Source: the human T2T-CHM13v2.0 reference genome, Homo sapiens. Taken from it: a stretch of DNA of 64,000 nucleotides. The notes under the pieces were generated by a model that was given only the letters and a program-made list of their open reading frames with translations, ran no database searches and had not been told where the DNA came from. The position numbers and the translations under genes were made by a program. Location: assembly GCF_009914755.1 (NCBI RefSeq), contig NC_060941.1; one strand, 5' to 3'. Numbering within the stretch: position 1 is the first letter of the stretch; each line of letters opens with the position of its first letter. Positions 24,841-39,711 of the stretch are shown piece by piece.

Positions 24841-24972
<132 letters not shown>

Positions 24973-25356
24973 TAAACAATTCTATAGTAAATAATCATCT
25001 TAAAATCCTCCCACACAGGTCATGGCCATTTTCAAAGCCCCACAGTCATCTCTCTATTTTGTATATTTCCTCCCTCAGAATTTATGGCATCATAGTACTT
25101 GCTGATGTTTTAAGTCTTTAGGTAATTACACTTGGTGAGAGTAAAAGAAGTTGAGGATAATAGTTGCTCAATTGCCTTTTTTAGTTTAATCCTTACTCTA
25201 TAGTTTTTCATGTTTTTGGAATCCTTACATAAAATGTTGTGTAATGTTTTAGACTATAAAAGCCAGTCTAAACATTAATTTTGGCTTGTTACTTAAATTG
25301 AAAAGTGAATCTTAATTATATAAGTCGAGTTTTAGTAATGAAAATATGTAATTATT

Positions 25357-26100
<744 letters not shown>

Positions 26101-27418
26101 GCCAGAATCAGTTTATTCTTGCTGTTTGTTTGCAACAACAAACATAAACATCAGAGAGACCGATAATCTATACAACTATAGATATAGCACCGTGAGCCTT
26201 GACTACAACTGCCTGCTGCTACAGACAGCTCAATTTATGCTAATCTGGGCTGTGGGTAGACTTGGCAATTCACTCATACCCCAAAGGAGCAACCAGATGA
26301 CCCAGGGTATCTAGAAGGTGGTAGCAGCTGCTAATCCTTAGATGTCTACAGAACAATCCATGAGGTAGTTAATTGTTTCAAACTCTTAGAGAATGATGTA
26401 TGAACAACCAAGGCTCATATAAACATTCCAGATTATACTCCTCCACCCACCTTTTTTTTTTTTAAGGAGAAATGATATACTTAACTGAATAGATCATGGG
26501 AATCAGCGTCTCTTCCTTCCTCTCATCAACACCTCCTCACTCCCCAAAACCTGGTTCTGATCTGAATTCTAAGTCACAGGATAGAATAGGGGAGTGATAG
26601 AATAGTTGACTTCTCCTTTCATTTATAAGGTTGAGTGTATCAGATGGTTCTGTGAAAATAAAGGCCATACTTCTTCTGTATCAGAGTGTAGTATATGTTT
26701 ACATTTGAATCAATAGGTCATTGTGCCTTTTCTATGAAATGAACCTCAAATACTAGAGCCCCTGAGGTTGTTGAACCACTTGTTATGACAGTCCAGTAAA
26801 GAAAGCTAAACTTGAACTGAAATGATCTTTGTATAAGGTGGTAAGTTTTTTACTTTCTGGATCAGCGATGATTGATTCATACTATCTAGCAATTTTCTTT
26901 CTTTCCCCTAATTGGTAGCATTGGGCAGAATGAGCTACCTTGTTATAGTGACTTTCTGAGACCATTTTAAGAACTCTTCACAGTTCACTGTGATAAAAGC
27001 TATATATTTGAAGTACTATCTCACACCTTTGTTTAAAAGGTACAGAATATGTTTATTAGGGTCTGTGTACTTAAACTAGACTCCATAAAACAGTTTTTCC
27101 AGGATTTTTCTTTTTCAGGATGGTAGAGGATTCTGTGTATACTTAAAGCTAGAGCCTTAAACAGGTTATTTCACTTTTTTCTCTATCTTTATTTTCTCTT
27201 TACCAGATAGATTGTATCTTTGGCAAATGTGACTTTGCCCTAGCCTTAAACAGTTAGCATCCCATTTTATGGATGGTACCTTGTTCTTGACATCTGCAAG
27301 AAAAGTTTGAGGCAAGAAAAGTTAAATGGAAGGATAGATTAAGGTGTTATATGACATGTTCAAACACTGCACATACTTAGAATTCTGAGAATAATCATGC
27401 TGTAATCTTTCATTGCAG

Positions 27419-27508
27419 GTCATGTGAAACTAACAGACTTTGGACTATGCAAAGAATCATTCATGACGGAACAGTCACACACACATTTTGTGGAACAATA
27501 GAATACAT
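27419..27508 (+). pseudogene. RPS6KB1-like exon 8 (90 nt; 1-nt deletion, premature TAG)
   Basis: HVKLTDFGLCKES, then a frameshift near 27459; the IHDGTVTHTFCGTIEY continuation is in another frame; TAG at 27499-27501. Confidence 0.95.
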
Positions 27509-27574
27509 GTGAGCTGCATGTTAAACATAATTGGTTTGGAGGTAATAGCTAATTTTACCTGTTTTAAGGAATAG

Positions 27575-27823
<249 letters not shown>

Positions 27824-28436
27824 TAGCAAGAGACCTGTCCTGTGCTTTCTGAAAATGTTACCAATGGAGTTTTCAAAGCCCAAAGATTTGTTATTAGCAG
27901 TTTAACACTAATAATGCTGTATGATTATATGGGATCCCATACTTTGAGAAACATTTTCGTTGAAATGATCTGTGTCATGGCAGGCCTGTGAAATAGATGT
28001 TGAACAGATAATGCTCTTATTTTTATAAATACAGAAATTGAAGCATAAAATCACATAGCTCACTTATTATCACACAGCAAGTTAATGGTGGAAACACAGG
28101 CTTCCTTCCAGGACACTGCTACTTCCTCTGTCCTGTTGCTTAAAAACTGCACGTCTGCCAGGCACAGTGGTGCATGCCTGTAGCCCAAGCTACTCAGGAG
28201 GCTGAGGTGGGAGGATCATTTGGGCTAAGGATTATTAATAGAATCTAGCCTTGACAAGAGACCCTGTCTCTAAAACAAAATAAAGGTCTTTAGCAGTTAG
28301 CCCATTTCACAGCATACATTTCTGATCTCCATGCATAACTAATTCAGGAAATGGATATGGTTATTTAAAATTTGTTTCTTATATACTAATATTTTTCACT
28401 TCCTGCTAATATTTTTCACTTGTCTTCTACTCTTAG

Positions 28437-28544
<108 letters not shown>

Positions 28545-28627
28545 TAAGGTTCTTAAATGGTCACTGACAGTATAAGATTCAATGACTAGGATTTAACTAG
28601 ATAGAATTTAATGTATATTTTGAATAA

Positions 28628-29399
<772 letters not shown>

Positions 29400-29437
29400 T
29401 AAAGTTCTTTATCCAGGCTTTTTTATCCTTTTTAAAG

Positions 29438-29500
29438 CTACTGAAAAGAAATGCTGCTTCTCATCTGGGAGCTGGTCCTGGGGATGCTGGAGATGTTCAA
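29438..29500 (+). pseudogene. RPS6KB1-like exon 11 (63 nt)
   Basis: LLKRNAASHLGAGPGDAGDVQ; AG/GT boundaries. Confidence 0.94.
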
Positions 29501-29685
29501 GTAGGTATTGGCATCTTTGGTGTTTTGTGGGGAAGATAATGCTAGTTTTATGTATTTCTGAGGGTTATATGTAGTTGCTTATAAGTTAGCTTATTTTGTG
29601 ACTTGTAACTTCAAAAAGGTGATTAATTTATCAATCCAGCAAAGTCTATTCCCCTCAACTTTTCTTTCTGCTTTTTTTTTCCTAG

Positions 29686-29784
<99 letters not shown>

Positions 29785-30283
29785 TAATTGGGTGCAGTGG
29801 CTCACGCCTGTAATCCCAAAACTTTAAAGGGCCGAGGTGGGAGGATTGTTTGAAGCCAGGAGTTCAAGACCAGCATGGGCAACATAACAAGACTCCATCT
29901 CTACAAAACATTTAAAAGTCAGCTGGGTATGGTGGCATGTGCCTGTAAGTCCCAGCTACTTGCGAAGCTGAGGCAGGAAGATCGCTTGAGATTTTTTTAG
30001 AGTAAGAAAAATCTCAGAGCAGACAGAAACGTTATTTTTATTAGCAGTTCAAAGATCTCTGGTTTATCCTCTCTTCAGCATCTTTGTTTTTATTATTTAT
30101 TTATTTTATTTTGAGACGGGCTCTCACTCTGTCACCCAGGATGGAGTGCAGTAGCACGATCACAGTTCAATGCAGCCTTGACCTCCCCAGGCTCAGGTGA
30201 TTCTCCCACCTCAGCTTCCTGAACAGCTGCGACTACAGACACATGTCACCATGCCTGGCTAATTTTTTTGTATTTTTTTGTAG

Positions 30284-30424
<141 letters not shown>

Positions 30425-30603
30425 TAAAGAACTAAAGCCAGTGGCAATTGACTGTATTAGCTATTTTTAAGTCAGTTACCTAAGACAATTAAATATTTCG
30501 GGTAGTTGGGACCTTTCTTTTTTTGGTTTGTTTTATTTTGCTTAATTTAACCATTTTAAATATGATTCTTTGGGAATTTTTTCTTCAAAATATAGAATAT
30601 ATG

Positions 30604-31078
30604 TGCATTAGTTTGCTAGGCTTGCTGCAACAAAGTACCACAAACCAGGTGGCTTAGACAACAGAAATTTATTATCTCATAGATTTGGAGACTAGAAGTT
30701 CTAGATCACATTGTTAAGAGTTGGTTTCTTTGACAACCGTGACAAACTGTATGTTCCATGCCTCTCCCCTGGCTTCTGGTGGTTTGCTGGTAATCTTTGT
30801 CATTCTTTGGCTTGTAGGTGCATCACCCGGATCTCTGCCTTCATGTTCACATGGTGTTCTACCTGTGTGCGTATCTGTGGCCAAATTTCCCCTTTTTATA
30901 AGGATACCAGGCATATTGGATTAGGGTTCCTCTCTACTCCAGTAGGACCTCATCTTCACTGATTACATCTGCAATAACCCTTTCCAAATAAGGTCACATT
31001 CTGAGGAACTAGAGGTTAGAATTTCAACATATTAAATTTTTTGGGGGGTGGGTAAGGCACACGATTCAATCCATAACA
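30604..31078 (-). mobile_element. MLT1 (MaLR) solo LTR
   Basis: tgcattagtttgctagg...caacagaaatttatt...ttccaaataaggtcacattctgagg...attcaatccataaca. Confidence 0.85.
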
Positions 31079-31912
31079 ATATGTTTATGAGTAAATGAGT
31101 TAGTGTGTTAGTTATTGTCTTTCTCCCACTTCAGAATCTGAGAAAACAGTTTCTTTTTCCATTCCTTGGGATGTAGGTGGAGGAGGAGGAGGATGATGAT
31201 AGTGATTATTTTTTGGTCATGGAGCATAATGTGACCCACTTTAAAAAACAACAAACAATTGTAAGGAGGATGACTGTCATACACCTACTGCACAGCTTAA
31301 AAATGATTAGGTCATCTTGTTTAAACATAACTGCCATCCCACCATCACACCTAAGAAGTTGACAGTTTCCCCAGTTTTTTTTTTTTTTTTTTTTTTTTTT
31401 GAGATAGGGTCTTTCTGTGTTGCCCAGGCTGGAGTGCAGTGGCATGATAGTGGCTCATGGCAGCCTCAACCTCCCAGGCTCAAGGGATCCTCCCATATAG
31501 CTGGGACCACAGGGGTGCATCACCACACCCAGCTAATTTTTTGAATTTTTCTAGAGATGAGGTCTCCCTGTGTTGCCCCACCTAGTTTTGTTGTTGTTGT
31601 TGTTGTTGTTCCATTCTTTTTTTTTTTCTCCTGTTTGTAAGGATTTAATCAAGGTCTGTATATAGTTTGATTACTATGTCTCTTAAGTCTCTTTTCATTT
31701 ATAGATTGCCCTAATGATTTATTGAAGAAACTGGGTCATTTGTCCTGTAGAATTCTCAAATTTTGATTTTGCTGATATTATCCCCATAGGTGTCATTGCC
31801 CATGTTCATCTGTTCCCTGAATTTCCAAAAACTGGTAGTTAAATTTAGGTGGTTGATCTGATTCAGATTGAACTCTCGGTATTGCATATGCTTTGATCAG
31901 GAGGCATAATGT

Positions 31913-31918
<6 letters not shown>

Positions 31919-31948
<30 letters not shown>
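31919..31948. repeat. (TG)n microsatellite
   Basis: ~15 TG units. Confidence 0.95.
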
Positions 31949-31951
<3 letters not shown>

Positions 31952-31999
31952 AGTGATGTTAGTGGTCACTGATCATTGCCTGTGTCAGCATTTCACTAC

Positions 32000-32160
32000 C
32001 AGGGTAATTTGGCAATGTCTGGAGACACACTGATTGTCACAGCTTGGGGGAGGGAATGCTATAGGTACCTTCAGGGGTAAGAGTCAGCACAGCACAGCCC
32101 CCTACAGCAAAGTATTAATAGGCCTAAAATGTCAGTAGCCCTGAGGTTGAGAAACTCTGG
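32000..32160 (+). mobile_element. MER20-like hAT DNA transposon remnant
   Basis: atttggcaatgtctggagaca...tgattgtcaca...aaatgtcagtag...gaggttgagaaactctg. Confidence 0.7.
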
Positions 32161-32702
32161 CATACTTTTATAATTTCATCAGGTGTTTGTGAAATGGTTT
32201 TATTCTGTTATTTCTTCTTTCTTTGTTAGCTGGAATTCTTTCATAAAGAGAAACTCTTTGAACAGTTAGTTACACAAGGTATAGTTCATACAGGAAAGGC
32301 AGGATGTATGTTTGATTCTTTCCTAGTTTTCAAAATAATGAATTAGTTCCCTAGCATCTTCCAAAATTGACCAATGAACTTTGTGTATGTGTTTTTTTCT
32401 TCTTTAGTATATTATGAACTTACACGTTTTAACATATTTGTGTTTCATTTCATTGCAGTTATTTTTATTTTTATTTATTCATTTATTGTTTTGAGGCAGG
32501 GTCTTACTCTGTCACCCAAGCTGTAGTGCAGTGGTATAATCTCTGCCCACTGCAGCCTTGACTTCCCGGCCTCCAGCAGTCCTCCCACCTCACCCTCTTG
32601 AGTAGCTGGGACCACAGGTACACCACCACGCCCAGCTAATTTTTGTGTTTCTGGTAGAGACAGGGTTTTGCCATGTTCACCAGGCTGGTCTTCAAATCCT
32701 GA

Positions 32703-32849
<147 letters not shown>

Positions 32850-33926
32850 TGACGAGCACGTTGTCTGGTGTTGGACAAGAGAGCAAAATAAGGAAACTGC
32901 TGTTCTCTGCTTATCTTTTACATTTTCCCCACATTTGGAATCAGCCATTCCTCCAGGGAGTGCAAGTTCACAGTCTGGGCTCTAAGAGAATTATCAGGTC
33001 AATGTGGTCATCTTTTAGTATTAAGTCAGATATTCTAAATTATTATTTACTTCCTAGATTTGGCCCAAGAGTCTAACCAGATATTTTGGGAAAGAGACAA
33101 GGAATTACATAAATCAATCTCATGGTTAGAACTGAAGTGATAACTATACTTTCACAAGGGAATATAACTTATAACCCATGCAGAATAGAAAATTATTTTT
33201 GCTCCTTTAGATTTCTAAAGGAATGAAATAAGCTGTGGGAAGAAACTTTAACTGGAGCATCTTACCAGTATTATTCATGTTTTAACTCTGCTTCAGTAGT
33301 TTTTCAGGTTTGTTACAAACCTGCAGTAGCCAACTGAACTAATTATCTCTAAACAGGGATTTAGCCAGTGTACTAAGCACACTGAAGCTTTGTGAGAGAG
33401 GAAATTGATATTCACATTTTTTCCAACTTGTTTTGAGCTCAATGTATTCACTTTTTTTGTTTTGTTTTGTTTTGTTGTTTTTTTTTATTCAGACAGACTC
33501 TCGCGCTGTCACCTGGGCTGGTGTGCAGTGGCACAATCTGTGTTTGCGGCAACCTCTTCCTCCCGGGTTCAAGCAATTCTCCTGCTTTAGCCTCCCAAGT
33601 AGTTAGGATTACAGGTGCCCACCACCACGCCTGGCTAATATTTTGTATTTTTTGTAGAGACGGGGTTTCACTATATTGACCAGGCTGGTCTCGAACTCCT
33701 ACCTCATGATCTGCCCGCGTCAGCCTCCCAAAGTGCTGGGATTACAGGCATGAGCCACCATGCCCAGTTGATATATTCACATTTTTAATAGGAATAACAG
33801 TATACTAAAATCTATTTTAATGCATGTTTAAGATTTGAAGATGTAATTTGACTCAGTACTTTCCACCTGCATTTTTTTCTTCATTCTGTGCCTGCTAAGA
33901 CTATTCTAATACTTTATTATAGTTAA

Positions 33927-34148
<222 letters not shown>

Positions 34149-36435
34149 TAGTTGTGGGAAATTTTAAGTATGAGGATGGGCTCTTCGAGAAGAAAATTCA
34201 GTTTGCTTGCTTTGCAGTTCATGTAGGTAACCTCGCCCGCTTTTTTTTTTTAATAAGCCATGCTCTTATAACTTATTGATACCTACAAAATTGATTTTCG
34301 TAATCCAACATTTTATTTTAGCAATTAGAGTGGGAATGTACAATTCTTTGGAGAGTATGATTCCCTTTTTCGGTTGGGCCACAGACTTAAAATGATGTTT
34401 GGCTTAGCATCTCAACCAAAAATTAAGTCATAGCAGTGGGGGAGAAAAACCTCACTAACTACATGTATTTTATTCCTGAAACAGCTATAGATTTTTGGTA
34501 CCTTTTTTTTTTTTTCTGAGACAGGGTCTCACCTTGCCCAGGCTGGGTGTAGGGTGCAGTGGTGCGATCACAGTTCACTGCAGCTTTGACCTCCCAGGCT
34601 CAAGTGATCCACCCATTTCAGCCTCATGAGTACCTGGACTACAGGTGTGTGCCACATCCAGCTAATTTTTAATTTTTTTGTAGAGACAGAGTCTGTTTTA
34701 CTCCTGGACTCAAGCTGTCTTCCCACCTTGGCTTCCCAAAGTGCCAAAATTATAGGCCTGAGCCATCATTCCTGGCCCTATTTTTGGTACTCTTAACATA
34801 AGTAGGGTTTTTTTTTTTTTGAGTCGGAGTCTCGCTCTGTCGTCAGGCTGGAGTGCAGTGGTGCGATCGCAGCTCACTGCAAACTCTGCCTCCTGTGTTC
34901 AAGTGATTGTCCTGCGTCAGCCTACTACAGGCACGCACCACCACTCCCAGTTAATTTTTGTATTTTTAGTAGAGACAGGGTTTCACCATGTTGGCCAGGA
35001 TGGTCTCGATTTCTTGACCTCGTGATCCACCCGCCTTGGCCTCCCAAAGTGCTGGGATTACAGGCATGAGCCACCGCGCCTGGCCAAGTAGGGGATTTTT
35101 TAACATTAATTGTGAATATTTGACATCAAAATATATTGGATCATATGTAATAGTGAATTCTCATTGTAGAAATATCTGTATAGATTTATAGCTTGTCTCT
35201 TCAGAAAAGTAAAGGTTTTAGATATTGGCCAACAGAAATGATGGATTTATATCAGATGACCATCAATGCATATTATTTTGCTTAAATATCATATATGGTT
35301 ATTTTATTACTGTACTTATATGTCACATGAACATGTATCTCATTTTGTATCCTTTTTTTTCTTTTGTCATTCCTTTTTGGACTACCTCTAGGGAGAATAG
35401 AATATGGGGAAAGCAATTGTTTCTGAGTGTTTTTTTCCCTCTTTTTGAGTACACTGGATTTGTCACTAACTTAATTCTCAAGCTTTTCTTCCCCACACTG
35501 CTCACTATGTAACACAAGTAGTGTTGTATCTTATGGGATGGGAAATAAGCTCTAATAATAAGCTCATGGGGCATGGTGGCTCACGCCTATAACCCTGAGG
35601 TCAGGAGTTCGAGACCAGCCTGGCCAACATGGTGAAACCCCCTCTCTACTAAAAATACAAAAATCAGCCGGGTGTGGTGGCATGTACCTGTGGTACCAAC
35701 TACTTGGGAGGCTGAGGCAGGAGAATGACTTGAACCCAGGAGGCAGAGGTTGCAGGAGCCAAGATCGTGCCACTGCACTCCAGCCTGGGCGATAGAGTGA
35801 GTGAGACTCTGTATCAAATTAAAAAATTAATTAAAAAAATAAAGTTAGCATGGAATGCAAAAGTGTGTAGTACAGTATGGTTTCGAGTAAACAACACTGA
35901 ATAGTAATAATCCTATAAATTAGTAATATAGAGCATGTAGGCAAAATATAATCTTACAGTATTAATTACATAAGAGATAAAAGATGAGTGAGTGCATGCA
36001 TGTTTTTAAATTCAAGTTTGATGTGTGCATGATCAAAGTTATGACATCTCTGTTAGTAAAATCTTAGGTTCAGTTAAGGAAATGAGCATGAATCACTTTA
36101 ATTTTGGCTTTTTTTTCCTCTCATGTGCTACTGATGTGGAATTTATACCTTTGATTTAACATAGAGACCTCTTCGTCAACTGAACATTGCAAAATTTCAA
36201 CTTATGTGACAGTTTTCCCCCCACAAAATAGAAGCATTTTATTTAGCTACCAAGAAATCCAAAGTTGTGGTGGTAAAAGTGAGATATTGAAGCTTTCATT
36301 GCCAGTTAAAGTATTGTTGAGCTCTTCATAATTACTTAAATTGGCTGTAACTGATGAACAGAGCAATTTTTTTGTTAGGTTGTAGCCAGAATTCTGTACA
36401 TAAAGTGGGTCTCTTTAAACATTAGTAAAAAAATA

Positions 36436-36718
36436 GGCCAGGTGCAGTGGCTCACGCCTGTAATCCCAGCACTTTGGGAGGCAGAAGTGGGTGGATCACA
36501 AGGTCAAGAGTTCCAGAACAGCCTGGCCAATATGGTGAAACCCCATCTCTACTAGAAATACAAAAATTAGCCAGGCATGATGGCTGTAGTCCCAGCTACT
36601 CGGGAGGCTGAGGCAGGAGAATCACTTGAACCTCGGAGGCGGAGGTTGCAGTGAGCCGAGATCGTGCCATTCACTGCACTCCATCCTGGGCGACAGAGCG
36701 AGACTCCATCTAAAAAAA
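36436..36718 (+). mobile_element. AluS whose tail leads into the TA/TG expansion
   Basis: Alu dimer. Confidence 0.9.
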
Positions 36719-37114
36719 TATATATATATATGTGTGTGTGTATATATATATGTATATATATGTGTGTATATATGTGTGTGTATATATGTATATATATGTG
36801 TGTATATATGTATATATGTGTGTGTATATACGTATGTATATATGTGTATATGTATACGTACATATATATGTATGTGTGTATATATACGTACGTATATATA
36901 TGTGTGTGTATATATATACGTACGTATATATGTGTGTGTATATACGTATGTATATGTGTGTGTATATATAAGTACGTGTATATATGTGTGTATATATATA
37001 CGTACATGTGTGTATATATGCATACGTGTATATATGTGTGTGTATATATACATATGTGTATATGTGTGTGTATATATATACATACGTATATATACGTATG
37101 TATATGTATATATA
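36718..37114. repeat. ~400 bp compound (TA)n/(TG)n/TACG microsatellite
   Basis: Directly visible; source of the Y/I/H/T/V/C-rich spurious ORFs. Confidence 0.97.
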
Positions 37115-37977
37115 GTGACATCCCACTTATCTGGATAATGTGGTTCTAGCAACCTCATTTCAACAAATATTTCAATTCCTGTTGTAAGACCCCATCACAG
37201 AATTAGAGGAAATTCAAAGATGATTAAGGCACAGCCTGTACCTCTTGGTAGTTACGGCTTTAGTCCACTAGAATGTTTGTAAAATTATTCTCTGAAGTTC
37301 ACATATAACTGTCACAAATCATATGCACTTCAGAATTGCACTCTTTGGGCCTTCACCCAGAGCTTTGTTGAGTCTTATTTATTGTAACACATAATGCTTA
37401 CTCATAGATTTTGATAAATAGAAGAGAGGATAGGTGAAGATGGTTAAAAGAATGAATATTGACAGTAAGAGAAATGACAGCTGGTAGCCTAATAGTAAGG
37501 CCCAAGAGAGAACTAAAACGAACAAAACTGCATTTTTGCCTATTACAAACGAAGGTTTTTGAAATGTTGATACTTATTCATCAAGAAAATACCAAATTCT
37601 AGCTGGGCAGAGATCACACATGCCTGTATAGTCCCAGCTACTTGAGGGGCTGAGGCAGGAGAATAGCTTGGCTCCAGGACTTTGAGGCTGTGGTGAGCTA
37701 TGATATCACCACTGCACTCCAGCCTGGGCAATATAGGGATACCCCATCTCTTAAAACAAAAAACAAGTTCTGTCCAATCATTGCCATAAACCAGAAAGAT
37801 CACAAGATCTGACTTTGATGCCAAATCAAAAAATTGTTTTTACTTTGACCTAATTATGAGAAACTGTTTTGGGGTGATAAACTTAATTGCTTATATGCCT
37901 GTGGCTAGAAACACTAGAAGTTTCTTTACATTTCTCCTAGTATTTAACATCTTTTTTTTTTTTAATTTTTGAGGTGA

Positions 37978-38277
<300 letters not shown>

Positions 38278-38552
38278 TGAATTTTCCTTTTTTTCGATTC
38301 CTGTCAGTAGGGTGGAATTTTGTTTGCTAGCATATCAAGCTCAATAGAATTCTGCTTTCTTGAAGTGTGTGCCTCACGAAATGGCTGGAAAGAAGTTAAC
38401 AGGTCTAAAAATGAGGTTGAGGACGTGGGAGACTGTACACATTGGTGGTTTTAGGTGTGCATCGCTGTGTAGGTATGTCAGACTGAACAACCCCATTTTC
38501 TTGAGATATATGACAAAATGCCATTCTGTAGTCCACTGTTACTGTCTTTCAG

Positions 38553-38664
38553 GGTTTTACTTATGTGGCTCCATCTGTACTTGAAGTGTGAAAGAAAAGT
38601 TTTCCTTTGAACCAAAAATCCGATCACCTCGAAGATTTATTGGCAGCCCACGAACACCTGTCAG
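38553..38664 (+). pseudogene. RPS6KB1-like exon 14 (112 nt; hydrophobic motif, 1-nt deletion)
   Basis: GFTYVAPSVLE then GTG TGA; VKEKFSFEPKIRSPRRFIGSPRTPV is in a shifted frame. Confidence 0.95.
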
Positions 38665-39711
38665 GTATGTCACACTCTTATTTTCACTTTTTTTTTTTTT
38701 TTACAACCTACAAGAGTGTTTACTTAAGAAATTTATGCCAAGTTACATAAATGAAAGACTGTCATATTCTCTTTGGTTGACATAAGCACAGCATCTATAT
38801 CTTACATTGCAAAGGACTAGTCTGACTAATCTATGATGTTATATGGTTTACCTTCCCTCCTGAAAGTAAGCAGCCACACTGGCAGATGTCTTCTTTATCC
38901 ATTCACTCAGCATTTATTGTGTACCAAGAGCACCAGCACTACATGCTGCATGTTATGTATGTGTGTATATATATGAGTGTGTATATATATAGTACTATAA
39001 TACAGGAATTGTCCCTGTCCTGATGAAGCTTACAATTTAGGGGGAGAGTCACAATAGACAAAGGATATACAAAAATACAATTACAAGTAGTGCTAAGTGC
39101 TATGATTTAAAAGGGGAAAGAAAGAATGTAGTGGTAGAGAGCAGAGGAAAAACAAGGGGGCTTCTACTCACAGTGGTCAGAGAAAGGCCTCCCTGGTGTA
39201 GTAACATCTAGCAGTGAACAGAAAGAGCCAGCCCTACAAAAATAGGAGGTATAAGAATGTTACAGGCAGAAGAACAGCAAATGCAAAAGCCCTGAGGGAG
39301 GAGAAAAGTTGCCTTTTCCTGGAAATGAAAGGGAGATCAATGTTCCTGGAGTGTGTGGTGAGTGAAGAGACGGGCAGAGGTTTGGAAAAGTATTTTATTT
39401 TAAATGCAATAGAAAGCTGTTTTGAGCAGGGGAGAGTAAAATGATATATATACTATGTATTTAAATATATATATATCTCATTGAGGGTTTTGGGGGTCAG
39501 GTGTAGAGGTAAAGAGACCAGTTAGGAAATTCTAGCAGTTAATATAGGCGGGGGAGAGATGGTTCAACTTTTGCCTTTGTGCTAATCCACATGAAAATAA
39601 AATTAAATGAAAATAAATGTCATATTACGCCACTCCCTTTAAATGTAAAGGAAATATGTCTGTTGAGATGACCCTTAAACAAATGAATGACAGCTCTTCC
39701 TTGTCTTAAAG

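Noticed and set aside
36567-37158. Six overlapping 79-184 aa ORFs
   Set aside because: They are translations of the TA/TG microsatellite and the adjacent Alu.
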